The position numbers and the translations under genes were made by a program. A DNA stretch of 63,580 nucleotides, counting the filler, from Octopus bimaculoides (taxonomy: Eukaryota), in the NCBI RefSeq assembly GCF_001194135.2. It is 4 parts of 4 records of this genome, joined end to end, with 100 filler letters (N's around TTAATTAATTAA, not from the genome) between each part and the next. Parts side by side here need not be neighbours in the genome. Positions count along the whole stretch, not along the records: positions 44,146 to 55,001 come from NC_068993.1; positions 55,102 to 63,580 come from NC_068987.1; 2 more parts are not named here. One strand, 5' to 3'. Positions 50,436 through 61,359 of this stretch are shown here, piece by piece. The notes under the pieces are model-generated. The model had not been told where the DNA came from. It saw nothing but the letters and a program-made list of their open reading frames with translations, and searched no databases. The first letter of the stretch is position 1; the number at the start of each line of letters is the position of its first letter.

Positions 50436-50693
50436 AGGGTAAGCGTAGGTAAGGTAAGGTAAAGTTACCTTCTTAAGTCATGGCGACTCAAAAGGGCCAG
50501 CGTCCTGGTTTCTGTGATGTATAAATTCTCCACCTGGACAGGACACTGGTCCATTACAGGGTTTACTCATTTTTGCTAGCTGAGTGGGCTGGAGCGGTGT
50601 GGAATGAAGTGTTTTGCTTAAGAACACAACGCGTCGCCCGCTCCGGGAATTGAAACCACAATCTTACCATCATGAGTGCAGCATCTTAACCAC
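50436..50693 (-). mobile_element. tRNA/CORE-type SINE with (TTACC)n-like tail
   Basis: Minus-strand head gtggttaagatgctgcactcatgatggtaagattgtggtttcaattcc; tail accttaccttacc; degenerate relative near 40735-40980. Confidence 0.65.
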
Positions 50694-51924
50694 AAATCTT
50701 TACAGTAAGCCTTGGGTATGACACTAAACTGCATCTGGTAGAGAGGCCCTCGTTTGGGAGCTCCAGAGTTTTGAGGAGTGTGGAAGCAGGTCTTAGTTAC
50801 TACTGTTCAGTGGTCTACTTTGCACCGGAGTAACAGCACCTGTCAAGGTCCCAGCTATAGGTTAATTAACATATTAGTGCTTGCGTACTTATGCATGTGA
50901 AGAGTGGATCTGGCAGTTTCTGGGGAAGAAACCCTCATGGTCCAATGGAAGGGAAGGCAACTGCAACAAGTAAGACCCCTGCATCTGCCTCCATCCCCTC
51001 TCATCTTGACCTGGTCTTGACACTGGATTGAAGATGGTCACAGACAAGAGAACGAGGCTGACTAGATGGTCGTCGTCACTCCAAAGGAAGAACAGGAAAT
51101 GGAGTAATAATGTAGCCACCCAACAAAGAATAAATTCGGGGTTGAAGCGCTGCCCAGGAATCTCTTAAATTGGTGACTTAACACCAGAAGCTGTTGTTGG
51201 TTTTATTGTTATTTCTGTGTCAGAGAAAGAAAAAAGAGAAAGGGACTTCAACACATGCGGCAATTGGAACAGGTATTAAGCTTGACCGCTCCACCTCAGC
51301 AAACAACTAGATATACATATGAGTGTGTGTGTCTGTGTGTGTGTGCGCATATATATTGTGGACATGAAAGCCAGACATTGAACCATAATAGCTCCACAAT
51401 CACACATGCACACAAGGAATGTGTGTGTGTGTGTGTGTGTGTGGCCATTCTAAAGTTACTGATATTACAATTATAAACAAGTAAACAGGTTGTACTAGTT
51501 TATATGTTTACCTGCTGAAAAACTATCCAGACAAAGTAACTTTGTTGTTAACCGAACCTTATACATAAATACAAACATTTATACACACACACACACATAT
51601 ACTTGCCCAAATCTACAAATATGCATACAAACACACACACACATGTATATATAAATTAATGTACATACATATACGTACACAAATATACAGGTACATATAT
51701 AGACATCTGCATACATATGGTGCACCAGCATGACCGCAGCCACTTGGCTAAAACCCATACATAAATAAATAAATAAATATACACACACAAATACGTTGTG
51801 AATATAATTTACATGGGCTTTTGTGTCATGAACTACCAACAAAATGAAAAGACGTGAAACAGGGATAGGTATTGAGGGCAGCCCTACAGGTGTCCATTAT
51901 AATCACATTAAAACCATTCCCTAC

Positions 51925-52035
51925 GGCTTCTCCCTGGCACAAACCCAAACTGTATCTCGTCTAAATTAACTCTCTCTCTAATTAGTTCGGTTATGGCCCT
52001 CTCCGTGATTTTCATTACCTGATCCAACAACGTGA
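51925..52035 (-). mobile_element. RTE reverse-transcriptase fragment
   Basis: LLDQVMKITERAITELIRERVNLDEIQFGFVPGRS (RT domain 1-2 QFGF motif). Confidence 0.85.
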
Positions 52036-52707
52036 CACCTCTTCAACAACTCCTTATATCTTTTGTCTTTTACTTGTTTCAGTCATTAGATTGCGGCCAT
52101 GCTGGGGTACTGCCTTACAAAAAAAAGTTTCAGTTGAATGAATCGACCCCAGTACTTTATAGATGNNNNNNNNNNNNNNNNNNNNNNNNNNNNNNNNNNN
52201 NNNNNNNNNNNNNNNNNNNNNNNNNNNNNNNNNNNNNNNNNNNNNNNNNNNNNNNNNNNNNNNNNNNNNNNNNNNNNNNNNNNNNNNNNNNNNNNNNNNN
52301 NNNNNNNNNNNNNNNNNNNNNNNNNNNNNNNNNNNNNNNNNNNNNNNNNNNNNNNNNNNNNNNNNNNNNNNNNNNNNNNNNNNNNNNNNNNNNNNNNNNN
52401 NNNNNNNNNNNNNNNNNNNNNNNNNNNNNNNNNNNNNNNNNNNNNNNNNNNNNNNNNNNNNNNNNNNNNNNNNNNNNNNNNNNNNNNNTTAACAGTGGCC
52501 AGCATATGAAAAATACCTTTTAAGGTGAAAATTATACAATTATAAATAAGAGCAAAAAAGAAAAAAATTTTTTTTTGCCTATATGGTGAAAAATAGATGC
52601 TAAATTGTCTAACCACATAAAAGATTTTCAGTTGTATTATTACACCACGTGCCTAAACAAGGAAAGCAAGCTAACAGAAATTCATAAAAATATAGTTATC
52701 CCTAAAT

Positions 52708-52761
<54 letters not shown>

Positions 52762-52763
52762 GG

Positions 52764-52970
52764 ACAATATGAGAGACCATTATGTGGATCTCCCTTGTGA
52801 GCTAAAAATAGATGTGAGACTATCTTACCACTATAACTGTGTTCTCAGCTTAGTAAGACGCTTGCAAACATCTAGCGTCTTACTAAGTTGAGAACACAGA
52901 TTTAGCGATAAGACGGTTTGACATCTATTTTTAGCATACAAGGGATCTACATAGTGATCTCTCATATTGT
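52764..52970. mobile_element. Palindromic hairpin MITE-like element
   Basis: ~98-bp inverted arms around an 11-nt loop (52863-52873). The inner 25 bp pair fully, with one G-U. Confidence 0.75.
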
Positions 52971-53114
52971 TTATGTTTAAATAGAATTCACGGTCCCAGG
53001 ACGTTTTTAAGTATGCTGACTGCTAGCTGAAATTGATATTATTTAATAATATTAATTAACAATATTAATTTCTACTCTTAGTACACACACACACACACAC
53101 ATATACATACATAC

Positions 53115-53335
53115 ATCATCATCATCATCATCGTTTAACGTCCGCTTTCCATGCTAGCATGGGTTGGACGACTTGACTGAGGACTGGTGAAACCGGATGG
53201 CAACACCAGGCTCCAATCTNNNNNNNNNNTGACTGAGGACTGGTGAAACCGGATGGCAACACCAGGCTCCAATCTAAATTTGGCAGAGTTTCTACAGCTG
53301 GATGCCCTTCCTAACGCCAACCACTCAGAGAGTGT
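53115..53335 (-). mobile_element. RTE-type 3' tail element ending (GAT)n
   Basis: gttggcgttaggaagggcatccagctgtagaaactctgccaaa..ggaaagcggacgttaaacgatgatg; related pieces at 47190-47485, 47660-47820, 45700-45810 and 46010-46145. Confidence 0.75.
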
Positions 53336-54685
53336 ACATATATATATACACACACACACACACACATGTATGAGTGAGGCGGGATAGAAACTGAAAGAGA
53401 CCTGTTGTCTGAGTGTGCATGTCCTCTCTGTTCCTTTTCCTTCTCAAAATATTAGCATTCAAAACTCTTCAATGTCACTACAACTTTCTACTTATTGCCG
53501 ACCCAGACGGTCATTTTCTTTGAATTCTGGACATAAATACGTGAGCACACACACACACACACACATATGGAGAGGGAGTGCATATATACATGTCTGAGTG
53601 TGTGTGTGTGTGTGTGAGAGAGAGCTACATACAAAAAACGCATACTGCTGTAACCAGGAAGCTGTTCAAAACACTACATTTTTTGTTTAATTTCTACACA
53701 ACTCCAATTCATAACGAAATACATAAATATTCTTTCTTTTATTCTTTTACTTGTTTCAGTCATTTGGCTAGGGCCATGCTGGGGCACCGCCTTTAGTTGA
53801 ACAAATCGACCCCAGGACTTATTCTTTGTAAACCTAGTACTTATTCTATTGGTCTCTTTCACCAAACACTAAGTTACAAGGACATAGACACACCAACACC
53901 AACACACACACACACACATTACATTGGTAGTGAATAGGAGCAGGAGATAAAACCAGACAAAAGAGGATGTTAAGGTTTCAAGTTTCTCAATTGTAGAGAT
54001 ATGAATTTGTATCTAAACACACACACACACACATGTATATCTATAAGCTGAGGCATGGTGGTGAGGTTAAGAAGTTTACTTAGTAACCACATGGTTTTGA
54101 GTTCAGTTCCATAGTACAGCACCTTGCTCAAGTGTCTTCTACTAAAGCCAAGGTCCAACAAGTGCTTTGTAAGTGAATTTTGTAAATGGAAACTGAAAGA
54201 AGCCTGATGTGTGTGTTTGTGTGAGTGTACGTCTGTTTGTGTTTAAACCCACACAGCCTCTTAACAACCAGTATTGAGTTCAAATTCTGCTGAGGTCGAC
54301 TTTGCCATTCAACAATTTTTTTAAAAAACCCAAAAAAGCCACCAATTTGTTTCGACTTTTATACATTCTTTAATATATAAACAAGTCAATTTCCTTATTT
54401 AAGCCTCATCAGAGCCAATGGTTTGGAGATAGACGAAATCCTGTGTGAAAAGACGGCTGGATATAATATTGGGTTCTCTTGCCCCTTTGATGAATGAGGG
54501 TTCAGGAAGATGTAGCTGCACAATGTTCTTAGAAGATTTTCCCTCCTGGTAGTTGCTACCATTCTGGGTCAGAGGAGAGCTGAGAAGAATAGAGACGAAA
54601 GAGTGGTTCCACACTGCTCAAAACCTTAGAATTCTTGAACCAACGTTCATAATTAGATATAGCTTGAAATATCTCCAAACTCGTT

Positions 54686-54720
<35 letters not shown>

Positions 54721-55001
54721 CTTCTCACGGACGTGCTGTCACATCGGCTGCGAAGGTAAACGTTTATTTGACCATTTACTGTCCACATTTTGTTGGGATT
54801 TTTAAATAATTTTGTTGCGAAGCACCTAGGCTTCATTTGTGTGTATTTTCAAGGGCAGGAATTGACCCCCAGGGGCAGTTTCGGCCCTAGCAAAATACAA
54901 AAATTTCCTTCTTGACATTTGAAAAATGTCGAGAAACATAATTTTGGAACGCTTGTCTTGTTCTTTTGACAAGCATTTCCCGAGGCTTCAGATGCCAGAA
55001 G

Positions 55002-55101
55002 NNNNNNNNNNNNNNNNNNNNNNNNNNNNNNNNNNNNNNNNNNNNTTAATTAATTAANNNNNNNNNNNNNNNNNNNNNNNNNNNNNNNNNNNNNNNNNNN
55101 N
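55002..55101. other. Artificial scaffold-join linker N44-TTAATTAATTAA-N44
   Basis: As at 24181. Confidence 0.95.
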
Positions 55102-55360
55102 TTTTGCCGAACCACTAAGTTACGGGGACCTAAACGCACCAGCATCGGTTGTCAAGCGTGGTTGGGGGGGGGGACAAACACAGCACACACATATATATAT
55201 ACGACGGGCTTCTTTCAGTTTCCGTCTACCAAATCCACTCACAAGGCTTTGGTCGGCCCAAGGCTATAGTAGAAGACACTCGCTCAAGGTGCCACGCTGT
55301 GGGACTGAACCCGGAACTATGTGTTTGGTAAGCAAGCTACTTACCACACAGTCACTCCTG
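55102..55360 (-). mobile_element. SINE family A (tail cut by the linker)
   Basis: Homologous to 22668-23059. Confidence 0.85.
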
Positions 55361-55364
55361 GACC

Positions 55365-55399
<35 letters not shown>

Positions 55400-55434
55400 C
55401 AATAATAATAATGATGATGATGATGATGATGATG

Positions 55435-55790
55435 TCATTTATTTGCCACGAGGGCGAAGGATGAGGAGGACATACAAATACGGACATGAAGTGTTGGGGT
55501 TTACATATAATAATGAAATGATAATAAAAAGGAAAAAAGGAAGTAAGTACAGAAGGGACATATGTGTAGCATACAAATGTAGGAAAAACTGGTGGGGAGA
55601 ATGATAGAAGTGCGGCCCTCCTGATACAGGAAGGCTTCTAGGAATAATCGAGGAACCCCACTGTCCGAGATTTCCCTGAATCCCCAGGAGCAAGTGCCCA
55701 CTCCAATTCCTTCTTTCCGACTCACTGGCCTACACTCAGAGAGGTCCCCTCCACGCTCGCCATTTTGTCAACTTTCACCCACTTCTTTTA
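55435..55790 (-). mobile_element. L1/Tx1-like LINE 3' end
   Basis: KKWVKVDKMASVEGTSLSVGQ*, then a 3' UTR ending aaataaatga followed by a (CAT)n(TAT)n tail. Confidence 0.55.
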
Positions 55791-57577
55791 TTTGCCGCTA
55801 GGGCCAGGGCGGGGGGGGATTAGTAATAATAATAGCCGTAACGACAATGATATAAGTACTAACGACAACAACAAAAACAATGATAATTCTTTCTACGATA
55901 GGCACAAGGCCAACAATTTAGGCGATTTCACCNNNNNNNNNNNNNNNNNNNNNNNNNNNNNNNNNNNNNNNNNNNNNNNNNNNNNNNNNNNNNNNNNNNN
56001 NNNNNNNNNNNNNNNNNNNNNNNNNNNNNNNNNNNNNNNNNNNNNNNNNNNNNNNNNNNNNNNNNNNNNNNNNNNNNNNNNNNNNNNNNNNNNNNNNNNN
56101 NNNNNNNNNNNNNNNNNNNNNNNNNNNNNNNNNNNNNNNNNNNNNNNNNNNNNNNNNNNNNNNNNNNNNNNNNNNNNNNNNNNNNNNNNNNNNNNNNNNN
56201 NNNNNNNNNNNNNNNNNNNNNNNNNNNNNNNNNNNNNNNNNNNNNNNNNNNNNNNNNNNNNNNNNNNNNNNNNNNNNNNNNNNNNNNNNNNNNNNNNNNN
56301 NNNNNNNNNNNNNNNNNNNNNNNNNNNNNNNNNNNNNNNNNNNNNNNNNNNNNNNNNNNNNNNNNNNNNNNNNNNNNNNNNNNNNNNNNNNNNNNNNNNN
56401 NNNNNNNNNNNNNNNNNNNNNNNNNNNNNNNNNNNNNNNNNNNNNNNNNNNNNNNNNNNNNNNNNNNNNNNNNNNNNNNNNNNNNNNNNNNNNNNNNNNN
56501 NNNNNNNNNNNNNNNNNNNNNNNNNNNNNNNNNNNNNNNNNNNNNNNNNNNNNNNNNNNNNNNNNNNNNNNNNNNNNNNNNNNNNNNNNNNNNNNNNNNN
56601 NNNNNNNNNNNNNNNNNNNNNNNNNNNNNNNNNNNNNNNNNNNNNNNNNNNNNNNNNNNNNNNNNNNNNNNNNNNNNNNNNNNNNNNNNNNNNNNNNNNN
56701 NNNNNNNNNNNNNNNNNNNNNNNNNNNNNNNNNNNNNNNNNNNNNNNNNNNNNNNNNNNNNNNNNNNNNNNNNNNNNNNNNNNNNNNNNNNNNNNNNNNN
56801 NNNNNNNNNNNNNNNNNNNNNNNNNNNNNNNNNNNNNNNNNNNNNNNNNNNNNNNNNNNNNNNNNNNNNNNNNNNNNNNNNNNNNNNNNNNNNNNTATGT
56901 GTGTATATATATGTAAATATGTATGTGTGTGTGGACGTTGAAACTATTCAGCTTAGTCAACACGTTGCCATATTTATTACAATGAAATTGTAGTGGGCGA
57001 AAAAAACAGAAAAATAAAGCGTTCAGTTCGAATATTACTTCACTGATCGCAGTCCACGCCGTTAAAATGGAATATTTCCGTAGTTGATGTTTATTTTATC
57101 CCTTTTCTCCTTCCTCTACAACCATTTTATTCTTCTTCTCCTTCTTCTTCCTTTTATTTCCGCGTATTTTTGCTTCGTTTTTGTTTTCACAGATATTTTC
57201 AATTGCTGCAGAATTCACATCATCATTAACATCAATGCGTTCGACAATATCAGCGCACGCGTCAATGGCGGCGATAAATCGTTGTTGTTGTTCTAGCGTC
57301 GGCTTCACAAGCAACAATATGCCAATGTTTAATGATTGCAGGTTGAAACAACATGAATGACCAGTAGCCTTTTGTTGATTTCAATAGCCTTTCGTTGGTG
57401 AATTAAATTTGTCCACATATGTTCTATTTATTGTTTACATCTGATGCTGTACAATTCGCAATATGCTTACATACAATACACATACATATATATATACGTT
57501 TACGTTTATAGACATGCATAAACACACAAACACAAACACACATACACATACATACGTATATATATATNNNNNNNNNN

Positions 57578-57611
<34 letters not shown>

Positions 57612-58751
57612 TATGTTTGTATGAATGGATGTATATATATAAGTACAGATTATTTAATATACATCTCTGATCTCTATCTAACCCTCTATTTATACATCTT
57701 ACGAATGTGTGTATGCGTCTATGTATACATAGGTATGTATGGGTATGTATACACATACACGCAAAAATGTACACTCACACACACACACACACACATATTA
57801 AATTTTAAAAGAAACATCTTCAATGTTTCAGCTTGCTCGCCTTCGTTAGACAGAGTCTACCACACTTTCCAAAAACAGAAGAATGCGTAGAGTGTGGTAG
57901 AAATATAAGCAAGTGTATGGGTGCAAGATTCTGTTGGCAGGGAAATGAGAGACGAAGAGAAAAATGGAGGTCATCAATTCGAGGGGTAATGCCCAGGTGT
58001 CGAAACCATAATGATAACTGTTTGGCAGCTGATGATAGATGTATACGTTTGATCTGCATGTTGATTGTTAATCTTTTGTATCACATCTTCTAGTGTTTCC
58101 AAGTTGTCCGGATCTTATATATATATATATATATATATATAGTTTTAGGGAAAATAACCAATTTTCAAGAACTCATCGATGAAAATCCACTATCACATAT
58201 AGAAAAATTAATAATTAAAAGCACAATAAATGAGTATAATATAAAGTAAAGTAAATATCATAAGATAAATATAATATAATATTATATTATATTATATTAT
58301 ATTATATTATATTTATCTTATGATATTTACTTTNNNNNNNNNNNNNNNNNNNNNNNNNNNNNNNNNNNNNNNNNNNNNNNNNNNNNNNNNNNNNNNNNNN
58401 NNNNNNNNNNNNNNNNNNNNNNNNNNNNNNNNNNNNNNNNNNNNNNNNNNNNNNNNNNNNNNNNNNNNNNNNNNNNNNNNNNNNNNNNNNNNNNNNNNNN
58501 NNNNNNNNNNNNNNNNNNNNNNNNNNNNNNNNNNNNNNNNNNNNNNNNNNNNNNNNNNNNNNNNNNNNNNNNNNNNNNNNNNNNNNNNNNNNNNNNNNNN
58601 NNNNNNNNNNNNNNNNNNNNNNNNNNNNNNNNNNNNNNNNNNNNNNNNNNNNNNNNNNNNNNNNNNNNNNNNNNNNNNNNNNNNNNNNNNNNNNNNNNNN
58701 NNNNNNNNNNNNNNNNNNNNNNNNNNNNNNNNNNNNNNNNNNNNNNNNNNN

Positions 58752-58783
<32 letters not shown>

Positions 58784-58904
58784 AGTTATGAGCGGTAGTG
58801 GTGTCAATGAGACCTAAAGGTGTCAGGTAATGATGAGTAAGTGCTATGGATAGACTATAGTTAAGCTCAAGGCTCGGTGATTATGCGAATAAGAGGTCCA
58901 ACGT

Positions 58905-59185
58905 AGGTATTGGAATCTTAAAATCATAAGGTATTGGAATCTCATATGTATACCATTCTGCCTAAATAATGGATCTACAAATACAATATCTCTGCATATC
59001 TCACATCTATTTTCGTTCCTCCACCTCACTCTCTATTTAGCATCTTATCTAAACTAACTATTGCTTAACCATCTTCTCACACAGTCTCTGATGAAGGGAT
59101 ATAATAAATATCCTGGAAACAGCTTTTAGACCTATTTATAAATATTCTAAAATCTACACACCCTTGGTCTTTTATCTCATTACGA
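58905..59185 (+). mobile_element. Penelope pseudo-LTR-like repeat (third copy of the 24350-25237 family)
   Basis: Aligns with the reverse complement of 24350-24560 and with 25075-25237. Confidence 0.8.
59084..59131 (+). ncRNA. Minimal type I hammerhead-like motif
   Basis: GTCT-CTGATGA-A-GGGATAT-aataa-ATATCCT-G-GAAA-CAGCTTTT-AGAC. Stem I GTCT/AGAC and stem II pair. Stem III and the cleavage site are mutated (GUA in the 24400 copy). Confidence 0.6.
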
Positions 59186-59194
59186 AAAGTAATT

Positions 59195-59298
<104 letters not shown>

Positions 59299-59437
59299 CA
59301 TATACATAAATATGTATATATGCGTATTTATTCTGAGTGCGCGTACATATATATGTACACATACAAACACATGCACACACATACACGCGCGCACACATAC
59401 ACACACACACACACATACATCTATACATATGTAAGGG

Positions 59438-59513
59438 AAACTGTGTGAACAGGCTCGCGTTGGCTGTACAGATCAGAAGGGCTGTATGAACGAATCAACG
59501 TCGGGGGTCACCA
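59438..59513 (+). pseudogene. Degenerate near full-length tRNA-Trp retro-copy including CCA, fused to an LTR end
   Basis: cgcgt..cagatcagaagggctgtatgaacgaatcaacgtcgggggtcaCCA aligns with metazoan tRNA-Trp (..GCGCGTCTGACTCCAGATCAGAAGG(C/T)TGCGTGTTC(G/A)AATCACGTCGGGGTCA+CCA, recalled consensus). The anticodon and TPsiC are altered. Confidence 0.7.
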
Positions 59514-59804
59514 ATTGTAAGGTACGACCGACGTCGGGGTCACCAATTGTAAGGGACGACCGTGCGAACTCAAAAAGGAGATATGGTGACGAATGGAAAA
59601 ACAGAGGACTCCTTTTATTTAAACGAGTCACACGGTCGAACATACAAATATATATATCAATGGATGATATACATAATATGTTATACGACGATAACATAGA
59701 TGACCAGCAATGAAAGACCACAACCGTATAAGATGAATAACAGAGATATTTATTATGGCGTTAAAGATGTATGTCTGTGTGAGAGTGTGAATGCGACATA
59801 TAAG
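59498..59804 (-). mobile_element. LTR U5 end + tRNA-Trp primer-binding site, junction tandemly duplicated
   Basis: Minus strand AATAAA (59619-59614), then 66 nt to ..CCCTTACA (59548), then AT, then TGGTGACCCCGACGT (15-nt PBS). The 32/33-bp junction unit is repeated at 59498-59530 and 59531-59562. Confidence 0.75.
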
Positions 59805-60469
59805 NNNNNNNNNNNNNNNNNNNNNNNNNNNNNNNNNNNNNNNNNNNNNNNNNNNNNNNNNNNNNNNNNNNNNNNNNNNNNNNNNNNNNNNNNNNNNNNN
59901 NNNNNNNNNNNNNNNNNNNNNNNNNNNNNNNNNNNNNNNNNNNNNNNNNNNNNNNNNNNNNNNNNNNNNNNNNNNNNNNNNNNNNNNNNNNNNNNNNNNN
60001 NNNNNNNNNNNNNNNNNNNNNNNNNNNNNNNNNNNNNNNNNNNNNNNNNNNNNNNNNNNNNNNNNNNNNNNNNNNNNNNNNNNNNNNNNNNNNNNNNNNN
60101 NNNNNNNNNNNNNNNNNNNNNNNNNNNNNNNNNNNNNNNNNNNNNNNNNNNNNNNNNNNNNNNNNNNNNNNNNNNNNNNNNNNNNNNNNNNNNNNNNNNN
60201 NNNNNNNNNNNNNNNNNNNNNNNNNNNNNNNNNNNNNNNNNNNNNNNNNNNNNNNNNNNNNNNNNNNNNNNNNNNNNNNNNNNNNNNNNNNNNNNNNNNN
60301 NNNNNNNNNNNNNNNNNNNNNNNNNNNNNNNNNNNNNNNNNNNNNNNNNNNNNNNNNNNNNNNNNNNNNNNNNNNNNNNNNNNNNNNNNNNNNNNNNNNN
60401 NNNNNNNGTACACGGAACAGTTCTCAAAGAGAAACTGGACCGAGACGAATTTGGCTGCCGAGTTGAAGC

Positions 60470-60710
60470 TATTTATAACAAACTATTGGCTCACCAGATG
60501 GTAGAAATATACTCTATCACGTGACCTTATTAGGGGCCGTGATTGGTCAGTTTGCGTTCTGGCGGGAACGGTTCGAAGAAGTTGCCGATTCGAATAATGA
60601 TCAGTCACGTGATGGACAAGGAATGGGTTCTCTACTACGCTCGCATTTATTTATATTTAAATGAGAAGATTGTATGTAATGGCGATAGTAGTTTGTATCT
60701 AATGGCGGGA
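60470..60710 (-). promoter_or_regulatory. Dense Pol II promoter-motif cluster (possible LTR U3 or host promoter)
   Basis: TATAAATA (minus, 60477-60470), CCAAT x2 (60485, 60542), TCACGTGA x2 (60517, 60605), GGCGGGAA E2F-type (60561), AATGGCG x2 (60678, 60701), in a CpG-rich unique segment. Confidence 0.55.
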
Positions 60711-61067
60711 GGTAGTTTCACTACACATATATATATATATATATATAAACATACGTATAACTTGACATAAAACAAACATTAATATATGTGTATAGGTGGA
60801 GGTGTAACAAAATAAGAATGACAAATCGTTCGTAAAATATTTTGCTAACCGAATATGAAGCAGACGATCTCTTTTATTTTGTATTATTTTAATGTATACT
60901 CTGTAACTTACCTAACTGCAGACAGCATCCAAATATTATATGACTTGTAATTTGAGTTTCAAAACGCACTCTAGATATATAAATGTACACGTGTTGTGTG
61001 CATTTGAATGTAGCGTGCGTGCGTGTGTTTGTTTGTAAGGGTGTGTGAGTACGTGTGTGTGTGTGTT

Positions 61068-61117
<50 letters not shown>

Positions 61118-61359
61118 TATTTACAAAAATCCTTACATTCAACAATAAAAAATTTCATTCACGTTTTTATGGCAATATCTGGAGCAGGAAGAAAGACAAT
61201 TGGCTTCGATTAACAAACAGCCTTGTTCTTAGTTTTTGCATTTTTTCATTCGTATACACTGCCAATAAATCGAATAGAATAGAACTGAATTGAATCGCAA
61301 TGAGGTAGGTGGTGTTAAATTAAACTTAGTTGTTGTACACTATAATTGAACTTCTTCAG

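Noticed and set aside
53175-53275. Direct repeat tgactgaggactggtgaaacc.. on both sides of a 10-N gap
   Set aside because: Identical sequence flanking a tiny gap indicates an unmerged contig overlap, not a biological duplication.
54399-54690. 71-aa minus-strand ORF in unique-looking sequence
   Set aside because: No recognisable domain and no splice support.
59498-59562. CRISPR-like direct repeats
   Set aside because: There are two adjacent units with no spacer, in a eukaryotic context, and they are explained as a duplicated LTR-PBS junction.
61131-61137. CCTTACA as the distal LTR terminus matching TGTAAGG
   Set aside because: No TSD match, it is separated by a (TG)n tract, and a 7-mer is expected by chance.
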